Assembly (NCBI GenBank): GCA_965222075.1
Contig: OZ244937.1
Location: 4,000,001 to 4,064,000 of the forward strand
Source of the DNA: Candidatus Latescibacterota bacterium
GTDB taxonomy: Bacteria; Latescibacterota; UBA2968; GCA-2709665
Length of the DNA stretch: 64,000 nt
Reading direction: 5' to 3'
Positions 9,425 to 19,588 of this stretch are shown here, in pieces. Every line of letters starts with the position of its first letter. The stretch's first letter is position 1. The notes below the pieces were generated by a model, which ran no database searches, had not been told where the DNA came from, and was given only the letters and a program-made list of their open reading frames with translations. The translations under genes and the position numbers were made by a program.

Positions 9425-10543
9425 ATGAAAACGCAAAAGGTGAAGTGTCTGGTCGTTTTGACGTTGGTTGTGATAGCTGCAATTGCCCATGCTGAGGGTT
9501 GGAGGGCAGCGCGTCCGGATTACGGCTGGTCGTTTCCACAGGATCATTGGGCGCGGGCGGGGTATAAGACGGAGTGGTGGTATTTTACAGGGCATCTGGA
9601 ATCGGAGGAGGGGCGGCGGTTCGGGTATCAGTTCACGTTTTTCAGGGTGGGATTGATGCCGCAGCGGCCGGCGCTGGCGTCGGACTGGACGAGCCACAAT
9701 TTGATTATGGGACATGCGGCCATCAGCGATCTGAGTTCGGGGCGGCACGTCTTCAGCGAGGTGCTCTACCGGGCGGTACCAATGCTGGGCAGGTTCGGAA
9801 CGTATCCGGATTCGCTGATTGCGTGGAGTCGGGCGCCGGCGGGAACGGACGGACGGTGGACGCTGCGGTGGAACGGAGAGGCGTTCGATTTTGCGATGGC
9901 GGACCGGAAGGCGGGGATGGCGTTTTCGTTTTCGACCCGGCCGGTCAAGCCGCTGGTGTTCCAGGGGCCGAACGGGTACAGCCGGAAGGGGACAGGGCCG
10001 ATGTCGGCGAGCCAGTATTACAGTTTCACGCGGCTGCTGACGGAGGGGACGGTGACGGTGGGGGGGGAGACGTTCGGGGTGCGGGGGGAGAGCTGGATGG
10101 ACAAGGAGTTCGGGTCGAACCAGCTTGCGGAACACCAGGCCGGGTGGGACTGGTTCAGCCTGCGGTTGGCAGACGGCCGGGAGGTGATGCTCTACCTGCT
10201 GCGGGATACGTCGGGGAAGGTCGATTTCGCGCGGGGGACGGTGGTGTCGCCTTCGGGAGAGGCGCACTACCTGGCAGCGGCGGACTTTTCGGTGCGGGCG
10301 ACAAAGCGGTGGACGAGCCGGGAGACGGGGGCGACCTATCCGTCGCGGTGGGTCGTGGACCTGCCCGGGGAAGGGCTGCGGATGGAGGTGGCACCGGAGT
10401 TGGCAGATCAGGAGAACCAAAGCCGGGCGGTGGGGTTTTACTGGGAGGGGGCCGTGCGGGTGCTGACGGGTGAAGGGAAGCGGATAGGTCGGGGCTACGT
10501 GGAACTGGTGGGGTACGGGACGAAGAGGAAGCCGGCGATATAA
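9425..10543 (+). CDS. AttH/CrtC-like lipocalin-domain secreted protein
   Basis: Signal peptide; FPQDH..YKTEWWYFTGHL, SWMDKEF, GWDWFSL, YWEGAV, GYVELVGY. Confidence 0.9.
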   Translation: MKTQKVKCLVVLTLVVIAAIAHAEGWRAARPDYGWSFPQDHWARAGYKTEWWYFTGHLESEEGRRFGYQFTFFRVGLMPQRPALASDWTSHNLIMGHAAISDLSSGRHVFSEVLYRAVPMLGRFGTYPDSLIAWSRAPAGTDGRWTLRWNGEAFDFAMADRKAGMAFSFSTRPVKPLVFQGPNGYSRKGTGPMSASQYYSFTRLLTEGTVTVGGETFGVRGESWMDKEFGSNQLAEHQAGWDWFSLRLADGREVMLYLLRDTSGKVDFARGTVVSPSGEAHYLAAADFSVRATKRWTSRETGATYPSRWVVDLPGEGLRMEVAPELADQENQSRAVGFYWEGAVRVLTGEGKRIGRGYVELVGYGTKRKPAI

Positions 10544-10655
10544 AGGCAGGGATCAGGGTGGGGGCGCACGGCCGTACGCCTGCCTGCGATCTGCCTGCTG
10601 AAATTGTTCAGGGAGTTATACAGACGGATTCACAACCACCAAGGAGGGATAACGA

Positions 10656-11786
10656 ATGAGCAGCGACAGGGGACGCCGGATTTACGAGGAGATGGGCGTG
10701 AGGCCGATGATCAACGCCGCCGGGAACCAGACGGTGCTGGGGGGCTCGCGGCTTTCGCCTAAGGTCCAAGAAGCGATGGAAGACGCGAACCGGTACTATG
10801 TGGACATGGAGGAGATGCTGAAACGTTCGGGCGAAGTCGTCGCCGATATCCTGGGAGCGGAGGCGGCCCTGGTCACGCCCGGGTGCGCATCGGCGCTCGC
10901 GCTGGGTTCGGCAGCCTGCATGGCGGGCAGCGATCCGGAGAAAATGGAGCGGCTTCCCGATTCGACGGGTATGAAAAACGAGTTTCTGATTCAGAACAAG
11001 CAGCGCTACAAGTACGACCGCTGTGTGACCATTTTCGGGGGCAAGCTGGTGGAGGTTGGCGATGAGAATGGAACGACCGCTGCGCAGCTGGAGGCCGCTA
11101 TAGGCGATAAAACCGCCGGGCTCCTCTATCTCGCACCGGGAGGCGGAGAGGGCGTGGTGCCGCTTGAAGAAGCCCTGCGCATCAGCAAGGGGCGCGAGGT
11201 TCCCGTGATCGTGGATGCGGCGAGCCAGGTCTATCCCTTAGACCGGATGTGCGGATACATGCGCATGGGGGCCGACCTGGTGGGCTTTGGAGCGAAGTAT
11301 TTCGGGGCGTGCAATTCGACCGGGATTGTGTGCGGGCGCAAGAACCTGGTGGATGCGGCGTTCAACCACGGGTTCATCGGGTTCGAGACGGGACGGTGGC
11401 GCACGGTGGGAAGGCCGCTGAAGGTGGATCGGCAGGAAGTGGTCGCCGTTGTGGTCGCCCTGCGCGAGTGGTTTGAGATGGATCACGACGCCCGGTTTGC
11501 CGAACACGAGCGAAAGGCGCAGACAATTCAGGAGGCGCTGGAGGGGATCCCACACATTACCGTAACGCCGATTACGGATGCGCGGGGGCTGGGGAGCGGG
11601 CTGCGGGTAGCGCTCGACGAAGGGGCGCTGGGCAAGACCACCGACCAGGTCTTAGAGGCGCTGCGCTCGGGCAGTCCGGGCATCTGGATGTGGGACAACG
11701 GGAATGCGCTGAGCGTGGCCGTGCCCAACCTGACAGACGAGGATGTACAGGTTGTTGCCCAGCGGCTGCGGGAGGAGTTGGGGTAA
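10656..11786 (+). CDS. SelA-like / DgaE-family PLP-dependent enzyme
   Basis: GVRPMINAAG..T.LGGS, PVIVDAAS, GADLVGFGAKYF, GRPLKVDRQE. Confidence 0.85.
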   Translation: MSSDRGRRIYEEMGVRPMINAAGNQTVLGGSRLSPKVQEAMEDANRYYVDMEEMLKRSGEVVADILGAEAALVTPGCASALALGSAACMAGSDPEKMERLPDSTGMKNEFLIQNKQRYKYDRCVTIFGGKLVEVGDENGTTAAQLEAAIGDKTAGLLYLAPGGGEGVVPLEEALRISKGREVPVIVDAASQVYPLDRMCGYMRMGADLVGFGAKYFGACNSTGIVCGRKNLVDAAFNHGFIGFETGRWRTVGRPLKVDRQEVVAVVVALREWFEMDHDARFAEHERKAQTIQEALEGIPHITVTPITDARGLGSGLRVALDEGALGKTTDQVLEALRSGSPGIWMWDNGNALSVAVPNLTDEDVQVVAQRLREELG

Positions 11787-11917
11787 AAGCAGGGGTCGGT
11801 AGGGGTGGGTCTATGTGTCCGGCCGGTGGGGCTCCAGGAAAGTCCTGGATTCCTCTGGGCGAGAAAATTTGCTGCTCATTTGTGCAGTTTCATATCCTTC
11901 CAACTGTCAGAAAACGC

Positions 11918-11946
11918 TTGACATATAGTGAAACGTTGCTTAAGTT
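11918..11946 (+). promoter_or_regulatory. Sigma70-type promoter of the nurA-herA operon
   Basis: TTGACA-17 bp-TAAGTT. Confidence 0.55.
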
Positions 11947-12105
11947 TGGGACGAGTTAATTGAATTCAGTTAACATCAACATTCGGCCAGAGACAGAATC
12001 GATCGGTTCCTTCCATAAACGCTCCCCTTTTTGCCGGTTTTCCCCCTTCCGGCAGTGTTATTGCCACTTCTATCTTCTGTATTACCCTCTGGAGGCACCT
12101 TCCCT

Positions 12106-12660
12106 ATGCTGCAGCAGACCCGGCTCTATGTGTTTGCGGCTCCCAACAACATCCTGAGCGGCCGCGAACGGGGTAAAGAACACCTCGACAGGCTGATGGA
12201 CCACCTTCGCGAGTCCGATCCCGAGGCGGTGACCCCCCTCGATTTCTCCAGGATTGAATTTATCGATATCTCGTGCGCGGACGAATTTCTGACCAAGCTG
12301 CTGATGCGGATCGGCAGCGGGGAACTGGGCAACCGCTACGTCTACATCCAGGGGGCGAACCTTTCGGTTCGAGAGACGCTGGCGGCGGTACTGAGGCTGC
12401 GGGGGCTGGCCGCGCTGTTCAAGGAGGAAGACCGGGTGGAGGTGCTGGGCGAGTTGAAGACGCCCATCCGGGAGGCCCTGGAGGTGCTCTTGGAGAAGAA
12501 GAAGGGGACTTCCTCCGAGCTTGCCGAGGCCCTCCGGAAGAATGTCAATATCGCCTGCAACCGGCTAAACGCGCTGCAGCGGATGGGGCTGGTCTGCCGG
12601 GTGCGCGACATCAGCGTGGCCGGCGGAGGGCGGCAGTATTTTTACGAGTCGATTGTTTAA
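12106..12660 (+). CDS. STAS-like (DUF4325-type) domain + winged-helix regulator
   Basis: LDFSRIEFIDISCADEFL (STAS-like); C-terminal TSSELAEAL..NIACNRLNALQRMGLV..GGGRQYFY; GGAGG RBS. Confidence 0.7.
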   Translation: MLQQTRLYVFAAPNNILSGRERGKEHLDRLMDHLRESDPEAVTPLDFSRIEFIDISCADEFLTKLLMRIGSGELGNRYVYIQGANLSVRETLAAVLRLRGLAALFKEEDRVEVLGELKTPIREALEVLLEKKKGTSSELAEALRKNVNIACNRLNALQRMGLVCRVRDISVAGGGRQYFYESIV

Positions 12661-12740
12661 ACAGCTGCGAGTCGTGAGTTGTGAGCAGCGAGTGGCGGGG
12701 TGGCGGTAGGTATTTCCAGAGTTTCGGTAAGGAGCGTTGG

Positions 12741-13949
12741 ATGCTCGATTTCGGCGTGCTGAAGCGGCAGATCGACCGGATGGCGGTTGAGCGGAAGAAC
12801 CTGGAGAACGACTTTTTCCAGCGGATCGATCTGGCCCTGTCGGAGATGGACAGGTGGGAAGGCCCATGGGAGGCGCTGTCGGATAAGATCGCGTCCAGCC
12901 GGACGTCCTGGCTGGTGGCCCGGCCTGCCGGACCCTTTGGGGAGGCCCATCCCGTGCCGGAACGCCCGGCCAGGGTGACGGTGATTGCGTCCGACGGGTC
13001 GCAGATCTTTCCGGACCGGCACGAGGTGTCGAACTGCTACCTGATCAACATCGGGTACGTGGCGATCCACTACGGCACGGGGGAGCGCCCGGTGATGGCG
13101 AGCCGGCCCACGCTGTTTTACAGGGAGGAGGACCTCTACCAGGAGTGGGCAGGGCGGCGCACGACTGTAACACGGGAGGTGGTAGGGGTGAAACGGGGGG
13201 CGATGGAGTTCGAACAGGTGGCCGCGCTTTCGGAAGCGGCGCGGGCCGAGGGACGGACGGTGGTGGGGCTGTCGGACGGGACGCTGATCCTGTGGATGCT
13301 GGAGGGAAAGCCGTACGATTTCAGGCGGCAGACCCTGCAGTCCTATCTCCCGTCGTTCGAGCGGCTGCGAAAGGCGAGGGCGCCGGTGGCCGGGTACATC
13401 AGCGATCCGGGCAGCGCAGATGTGGTCAACGGGCTGCGGGTGGGACTGTGTCCGGAAAAGCCGCCGGACTGCGACCGATGCCCCTGGAAGACGCTTGAGG
13501 CGCAGCAGGCTTTAGAGGGTAGAGCAGAGGTCGGAATCCCTTGCGAGCCGATTGCGGGGGTGACCGACGATATTCTCTATGCCCGCAGGCTGAAGAAAGG
13601 GGAGCGGAGCGGGGTGTTTGGCAGCGCGTCCAAGATTCTGGCGGATTACGGCCCGCACCGAATCTGCTTTTTTTACGTGCATACGGGCGTGGAGATCGCC
13701 CGCATCGAGATTCCCCTGTGGGTGGCTGAAGACCGCGAGCTGCTGGACCTGGTACACGCCACAGTCTGCGACCAGGCGGAGAAGGGGCGCGGCTATCCGG
13801 TGGTGCTGTCCGAGGCGCACGAGCGGGCGGTGGTCCGCGTAGCGGACCGGGATATTTTCTACAGGTTTTTGAAAGATACGTTCGTGCAGAACGATATCAA
13901 GGCGGAGGTGTCGCTGAAGAGTCTGAAGAAAATCGCAGCGTCGGTGTAG
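12741..13949 (+). CDS. nurA: NurA 5'-3' nuclease
   Basis: ASDGSQIFPDRH, DGTLILW, ARIEIPLW, GYPVVLSEAHERAVV. Confidence 0.9.
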   Translation: MLDFGVLKRQIDRMAVERKNLENDFFQRIDLALSEMDRWEGPWEALSDKIASSRTSWLVARPAGPFGEAHPVPERPARVTVIASDGSQIFPDRHEVSNCYLINIGYVAIHYGTGERPVMASRPTLFYREEDLYQEWAGRRTTVTREVVGVKRGAMEFEQVAALSEAARAEGRTVVGLSDGTLILWMLEGKPYDFRRQTLQSYLPSFERLRKARAPVAGYISDPGSADVVNGLRVGLCPEKPPDCDRCPWKTLEAQQALEGRAEVGIPCEPIAGVTDDILYARRLKKGERSGVFGSASKILADYGPHRICFFYVHTGVEIARIEIPLWVAEDRELLDLVHATVCDQAEKGRGYPVVLSEAHERAVVRVADRDIFYRFLKDTFVQNDIKAEVSLKSLKKIAASV

Positions 13950-13975
13950 TTTCACTTTATTTTTCGTGAGGCGTT

Positions 13976-14569
13976 ATGGATAGGGTCGAAACTGTTGTTG
14001 ATAAATACATCGGCGAGGTGATCGAGAGTTCCACGTCGCAGTTTCTGGCGGAGAGCCGGGAGTTGAACAGGGCGCCGCCGTTCGGGTCGTTTGTGAAGAC
14101 GAGGTCCGAGCCGACGATTTACGGGCTGGTGTTCAACGTGTGTACGTACTCGATCGAGCCCAACCGGCGGCCGACGGCTTACGGGAAGACCGAGCACGAG
14201 CTCCGGATGGAGCAGCCCCAGATTTTTGAGCTGTTGAAGACGGAGTTCGAGGCGGTGATTATCGGGTACCAGGACGAGAAAGGGCCACAGCAGGTGCTGC
14301 CGCCGCAGCCGCCGCACATCCACAGCTTTGTGTTTCCCTGCACGGAGGCGGAGATCAAGGCGCTGACGGGCAACGGGGATTTTATGCGGTGCATTCTAAA
14401 CGGCTGCCGGCTGCCGTCCGACGATCTGATCATTGTCTCGGTGCGCAACGCCTGGCGGGCCCGGGCCTTTGATATGCCCTACCTGGTGTCGCTGGGCAAG
14501 GACCTCTGCCGGCTGATCCGGGATGACTACGACCGTCTGAGTTCGATTATGCGGAGGGTGTCGCAATAA
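13976..14569 (+). CDS. HAS-barrel domain protein
   Basis: IGEVIESST..F.A, PPFGSFVK, LPPQPPHIHSFV; lies between nurA and herA. Confidence 0.8.
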   Translation: MDRVETVVDKYIGEVIESSTSQFLAESRELNRAPPFGSFVKTRSEPTIYGLVFNVCTYSIEPNRRPTAYGKTEHELRMEQPQIFELLKTEFEAVIIGYQDEKGPQQVLPPQPPHIHSFVFPCTEAEIKALTGNGDFMRCILNGCRLPSDDLIIVSVRNAWRARAFDMPYLVSLGKDLCRLIRDDYDRLSSIMRRVSQ

Positions 14570-14684
14570 GACAGTCGCGGGTCACGAGTCTCCCTTCCCT
14601 GACCCCGGGCAGGCACGGGTGGGTGGGGTGGAAACTTGTGACTTTCGACCCGCGGCTCGTGAGTTGAGGAAGGAGTTCCGAAAA

Positions 14685-16352
14685 TTGGACGCTGACGGTT
14701 CCGGAAACGGCAGAGCAGGTCGCCGGAGCGAGATCGGGGTGATTACGAAGGGGTCGCTGACGGAAGGGGTGGAGATGAAGCTCAACCCCGACCGGAGCGT
14801 GGAGGACGTGAAGGCGGGGAAGTTCGTGGTGATCGAGGGGTTCAAGAATGAGTTTTTCTCGATGATTACGGATTTGAGCCTGGATGCGACCAACCCGGAG
14901 ATCCTGCTGTATCCGCCACACGATGGGGACCAACTCCTGCACAGCGTGCTGAACGGGTCGAGTACGTACGTGACGGTCTCCCTGCGGCCGATGCTGATGC
15001 TGGAAAAGGGGGAGCGGGTGGAAGATGACCACCGGCCGGTGAAGACGATTCCGAGCCATTTTTCCAAGGTGGTGGAGGCCGAGGAGGAAGATGTGTCCCG
15101 GGTGTTCGGGAGCGAGGCGAGGGATGCGCGGTATTTTAATATGGGGACGCCCTTGGATATGGAGACGCCGGTCTGCGTCAATCTGAACCGATTCGTGGAG
15201 CGGAGCAACGGGATCTTTGGGAAAACGGGTACGGGGAAGTCGTTTTTGACGCGGCTGGTGCTGTGCGGGCTGATCAAACAAAAAAAAGCGGTGAACCTGA
15301 TTTACGATATGCACAACGAGTACGGGTTCCAGGCCATGCAGGAGAGCGGATCGGGGAAAGGGGGGTTTGTGAAGGGGCTGAAGCAGCTCTTCGGCAACCA
15401 GGTGGCGCTGTTTTCGCTGGACCCGGAGTCGACGCGGAAGCGGGGACAGCAGCCGGACCACGAGGTCTATATTTCCTACAACCAGGTGGCGGTGGAAGAT
15501 GTGATCGCGCTTCAGGACGAGTTGCAGCTGAATCCAACGGCGGCCGAGTCGGCCTATCTGGTCTACGCGATGTACAAGAACCGCTGGCTACGGCAGCTGC
15601 TGTCGGTGGACGGGCCCGATATCGAGCAGTTTGCCGAGGATCTGGGGGCGAATAAGAGCTCGCTGTCGGCGCTGCACCGGAAGTTGAAACGGTTCGAGAG
15701 TTTTCCCTTTATGGTCGAGCGGCTGGACGGGTCCGATGCAGTGGATACGATGATGGACTACATCGACCGGGGCATTCACATCGTGCTGGAATTCGGGCGG
15801 CAGACGAGTATGCTGGCCTATCTGCTGGTGGCCAATATTATCTCCCGCCGGATCCACGAGAATTACGTGCAGAAGAGTGAGAGGTTCTACGCGACGCAGG
15901 ACCCCAAAGACCGGCCCCGGCACCTGGTGATTACGATTGAGGAGGCGCACAAGTTCCTGAACCCGGCTGCGGTCAAGCAGACGATTTTTGGCACAATCGC
16001 CCGGGAGATGCGGAAGTATTACGTGTCGCTGCTGGTGGTGGACCAGCGGCCGTCGGGCATCGACGAGGAGGTGCTGTCGCAGCTGGGGACGAAGATTACG
16101 GCGCTGTTGAACGACGAGAAGGATATCCAGGGGGTGCTGACGGGAGTATCGAACGCGGCAGGCCTGCGCAGCGTGCTGGCAAGCTTAGACTCGAAGCAGC
16201 AGGCGCTGGTGTTCGGGCATGCAGTGCCGATGCCGGTGGTAGTCCGCACGCGGGACTACGACGAGGCATTTTACAAAGCGATGGGAGACGTAGACGACCA
16301 GGAGAAGGCGGCGCAGGGAAAGGCGGCGGCAGCGGAGGTGTTCGGGGACTGA
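14685..16352 (+). CDS. herA: HerA helicase/ATPase (DUF87)
   Basis: ERSNGIFGKTGTGKS, DMHNEYG, ITIEEAHKFL, IAREMRKY, DQRPS; TTG start after GAAGGAG. Confidence 0.9.
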   Translation: MDADGSGNGRAGRRSEIGVITKGSLTEGVEMKLNPDRSVEDVKAGKFVVIEGFKNEFFSMITDLSLDATNPEILLYPPHDGDQLLHSVLNGSSTYVTVSLRPMLMLEKGERVEDDHRPVKTIPSHFSKVVEAEEEDVSRVFGSEARDARYFNMGTPLDMETPVCVNLNRFVERSNGIFGKTGTGKSFLTRLVLCGLIKQKKAVNLIYDMHNEYGFQAMQESGSGKGGFVKGLKQLFGNQVALFSLDPESTRKRGQQPDHEVYISYNQVAVEDVIALQDELQLNPTAAESAYLVYAMYKNRWLRQLLSVDGPDIEQFAEDLGANKSSLSALHRKLKRFESFPFMVERLDGSDAVDTMMDYIDRGIHIVLEFGRQTSMLAYLLVANIISRRIHENYVQKSERFYATQDPKDRPRHLVITIEEAHKFLNPAAVKQTIFGTIAREMRKYYVSLLVVDQRPSGIDEEVLSQLGTKITALLNDEKDIQGVLTGVSNAAGLRSVLASLDSKQQALVFGHAVPMPVVVRTRDYDEAFYKAMGDVDDQEKAAQGKAAAAEVFGD

Positions 16353-16361
16353 CCTGATGAC

Positions 16362-16416
16362 AAGCGCTCCAGGTGAGCACTCTCCGGCAACGGAGTAGTC
16401 AGGGGGGCGCTTTTTT
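16362..16416 (+). terminator. Putative intrinsic terminator after herA
   Basis: AAGCGCTCC...GGGGCGCTT stem followed by a T-run. Confidence 0.5.
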
Positions 16417-16516
16417 GGGGCAAGGTGTGCCTCTGTCCTCCGAATCCAGGTGCGTGGACAGCATTTATTTTACAGAAGGATAATTTAAACAGGAGCCGAA
16501 CAACCCTCTTCTCCCC

Positions 16517-17290
16517 TCATTCAGGTCCGGCCTTGTCCAGCCCGGGAAGAAGCACATATTTGACCCAGCCGAAATTCGGATCGATCTCGAGGGCCTTCTC
16601 AAAAGCCGCTCGCGCCAGGGCACCTTGATCCTGGTCCAGGTGGGCAATTCCCATCCAGGCGTAGGTCTCGCTGTGCCCCCAGACCGGCTGGAGTGGATCG
16701 GTTGGCCTTTCCCGGGCAAAGAGCGTCGCTGCCCGTTTGAATCCTTCCATCGCTTTTTCTTTGTTCCCTCCCCACATCCTGGGGGTGTTAAAATCGCCGA
16801 TGGCTGCGGCCAGCACCACGCGCGGATTGTCGGGGGCGAGCTGTTCGGCCTTCTCAAATGCCCGGCTCGACCTGGGTCCCAGCAGGATACCTTTTATAGG
16901 ACTCAAGCTGATTTGCCGTCCATAGACGCTGGAGAGCAGGGCATAGGCTTCGGCGGCTTCTGCATCGAACCGGGTCACCGTTTTCAGATGCTCGACGGCG
17001 CCTTTGAGGTGTGTGGAGGCCTGGTCTTTGTGGTCCTTTCCCTGATTTAACAGGAAGTTGGCGATCCGGTAGTCGGCCAGGGCCGTGTAGTAGTGGGCCC
17101 ACGCGGCCCGGAGGGTATCGGCGGTGGCACGTTCAAAGGTCGCCCGGGCCGCGAGCATCCGGTCGAGATCTTCCCCCCTCATCCCCGCTTGTAGCATCTG
17201 TTTTCCCCTGATAAGTAAGGTGTCAGCGGATTGTGCCAGAGCAGGAGACACGAGAGCGAGGCTGAGAGCGAGGAGAAGTAGACGTCTCAT
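16517..17290 (-). CDS. Secreted tetratricopeptide-repeat protein
   Basis: Signal peptide (ALA-Q); AEQLAPDNPR, TPRMWGG, FEKALEIDPNFGWV. Confidence 0.85.
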   Translation of the reverse strand: MRRLLLLALSLALVSPALAQSADTLLIRGKQMLQAGMRGEDLDRMLAARATFERATADTLRAAWAHYYTALADYRIANFLLNQGKDHKDQASTHLKGAVEHLKTVTRFDAEAAEAYALLSSVYGRQISLSPIKGILLGPRSSRAFEKAEQLAPDNPRVVLAAAIGDFNTPRMWGGNKEKAMEGFKRAATLFARERPTDPLQPVWGHSETYAWMGIAHLDQDQGALARAAFEKALEIDPNFGWVKYVLLPGLDKAGPE

Positions 17291-17335
17291 AGGCGTTCCT
17301 CCGAGTGGATGGACGAGTTTCAGGTGCGGGGTGGC

Positions 17336-19588
17336 TCAACGGTACAGATTGAAGGTAGCACCGAAGTAAACGGATCGGCGGAAGTAGGTCACGCGCGGGC
17401 GGCGTTCGGTATAGTCAATAGCGTAATCGTAGTCAAGCACATTGGCGCGGTTGAGCAGGTTGTTGATGGCCAGGTAGAAGATAGCCTGGTGTCCCTTCCC
17501 GAATGGAAGCAAATAGCTCAGACTCACATCCAGCCGGTGGAAGGGGGGCAGGCGCTCTGAGCCAATGCGGCCTTCGACAGGCAGGTAGTAGCTTCTGCCT
17601 TCTACGGGAACAGCATCCGTGACCGGTGTGATCGGACGCCCGGTGGCGTGTTTCAGAGTAAAACCGCCGCTGAGAGCGTCCGCCAGCCGCATCTTCGCCA
17701 CAAGCGTCAGGTTGTGCGTAATATCGAACGGCGAAGGAGCTTCTTCGTAGCGCACCGCATGCCCCAGGTGGCGGGGCTGCACCCGGCGCGACCGGAGCAG
17801 GCTATAGGCCACCCAGCCGTTGAAACGCGTGCGGAGGAAGCCGCCGTACTTGATGAACAGGTCCACGCCGGATGCCCTGCCTGTGCCGCCATTCGTGAAG
17901 TTTAAATCGGGGTGATCGAGGATCAGGTTGCGGTAGGGTTTGTAATAGGCCTCCAGTCGCATCATAATCTTATCGCGCTCGTGGTTCAACCCCGCGACCC
18001 AGTGTTGTGCGCGTTGGGGCCCCAGGTTGGGATTGCCGCTCGTGGCATCGTATTTAAACGGAGAGGGGAATTGGTGATAAATCCCCCAGCCCAGCCGCAG
18101 GTCCGTGTTTTTGGAGAACGGGTAACGCGTGGACAAACGCGGATCAACGACGAACCGGCCGGCCAGGGTGTGATGATCCGCACGAACTCCGGCATTGACG
18201 GCGATGCGGTGTGCGGGTTTGAAATCGACCTCGAAGTAGGCGCCGGTACGCTTCGCACCGTAGGAGATATTTAGTTCAAAGACCTCCGCTTGTGGATCGA
18301 GAATATCTTCCCGATAGGGTATCGTACCGAGAAATTGGTTGCCGATGTGCTCTATCTCAGCGCCGAAGCGGAGGGTTGCACGCGCGCTGAGGGCGCCTTC
18401 CAGATCCGCGCGAAATTTTGCGGTGAGATCGCCAGGCTTCAAGTCCAGATTGCCCAATTGCCGCCGCGCGGTGTAGCGGTTGAGCGAGGCACTGGTCTGG
18501 ACGAGCCAGTCCCCGAAGATATCGGTCCATTGGAGATTGTGAAGCCAGCTGGTGGTGCGATTCTGGTAGAGGCCTTCAAACGAAGGCTCGTCCACCCGCA
18601 CGCCCAATCGATCGTCCGTGTTAAAGCTGAAGAGCTTAAGACGTCCGGTAGGAGAGTACTGGTAAACCAGGTTGAGGTTGCCATCGTAGGCTCTTGGAAA
18701 GATGGTGAACTCATGGCGCTGGCCGTTGACGCGAAAGAGAAGGTCGGTGAAGCTGAGGTTGCCCGTGAAGCGCAGGCCGAATTTATCGGGGACGATAGGC
18801 GCATCGAAACCCAGAGAGCCGGCAGCCAGGCCGAGGTTGAGCGTATAGCGAGTTTGGCCGGGCAGGTTCTGGCTGTCCATCGCCAGCACGGCCGAGAGGG
18901 CGTTTCCATAACGTGCGGGGAAGCCGCCCGTAGAGAAAACCGTCCCCTTTACCATAAAGGGAGAAATGGTGCCGAATGCGCCTCCGGTGGGCGATTCGTA
19001 CTTGTAAGGATGAGTGACGGTGGCCTGGTCGAGCAGGATGAGGGTCTCGCTCACGTCACCGCCGCGTACGAACAAGCCGGCACCTTCGTCCACCATCGCC
19101 ACACCGGGGAAGGTCTTAATGGCCAGAAAGATATCGGCGGCGGCACCGGGAGTCGTAACGACATCCAGGGGAGAGAGGGTGACGGTCTCGGCCTCGCCGG
19201 TGGAATAGGTACTCGCGATGACGAAGGTCTCGCCCAGTTCAATGAGGGTTCTACGCAGCACTAAACGAACGGCCACGGTATCGCCGGGCGACAGGTGCAG
19301 GCTACGTCGGGCGGGTTCAAAACCAATAAAGGTGGCACGCAGCTCGCGTTTCCCCAGGTGTCGGGTGGCGAACCTGAAGCGGCCGTTGCTCCGCGTTACG
19401 GCGCCGTCGGTGGTGCCGATGATCTGCACGTTGGCAAAAGCCAGTGGCTTTCCCTTGCCGTCTACAACTTTTCCCTGTACGATCGCCAGGCCCTGTGCCT
19501 GGACGGCCAAAGGAAAACAGGCGCAGAAAAGGAGGAGAATCAACACAAACGTATTGTACTCCATAGTTATGATGGGATTAACCACCAT
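17336..19588 (-). CDS. TonB-dependent receptor with carboxypeptidase-regulatory N-domain
   Basis: GKVVDGKGKPLAFANV, plug FPGV..GLFVRGG, FSTGGFPARYGNALS, PRLS, RLDVSL. Confidence 0.9.
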   Translation of the reverse strand: MVVNPIITMEYNTFVLILLLFCACFPLAVQAQGLAIVQGKVVDGKGKPLAFANVQIIGTTDGAVTRSNGRFRFATRHLGKRELRATFIGFEPARRSLHLSPGDTVAVRLVLRRTLIELGETFVIASTYSTGEAETVTLSPLDVVTTPGAAADIFLAIKTFPGVAMVDEGAGLFVRGGDVSETLILLDQATVTHPYKYESPTGGAFGTISPFMVKGTVFSTGGFPARYGNALSAVLAMDSQNLPGQTRYTLNLGLAAGSLGFDAPIVPDKFGLRFTGNLSFTDLLFRVNGQRHEFTIFPRAYDGNLNLVYQYSPTGRLKLFSFNTDDRLGVRVDEPSFEGLYQNRTTSWLHNLQWTDIFGDWLVQTSASLNRYTARRQLGNLDLKPGDLTAKFRADLEGALSARATLRFGAEIEHIGNQFLGTIPYREDILDPQAEVFELNISYGAKRTGAYFEVDFKPAHRIAVNAGVRADHHTLAGRFVVDPRLSTRYPFSKNTDLRLGWGIYHQFPSPFKYDATSGNPNLGPQRAQHWVAGLNHERDKIMMRLEAYYKPYRNLILDHPDLNFTNGGTGRASGVDLFIKYGGFLRTRFNGWVAYSLLRSRRVQPRHLGHAVRYEEAPSPFDITHNLTLVAKMRLADALSGGFTLKHATGRPITPVTDAVPVEGRSYYLPVEGRIGSERLPPFHRLDVSLSYLLPFGKGHQAIFYLAINNLLNRANVLDYDYAIDYTERRPRVTYFRRSVYFGATFNLYR

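Noticed and set aside
10656-11786. True selA / selenocysteine system
   Set aside because: Shorter than SelA, no selB/selC/selD or SECIS nearby; fits the SelA-like DgaE family
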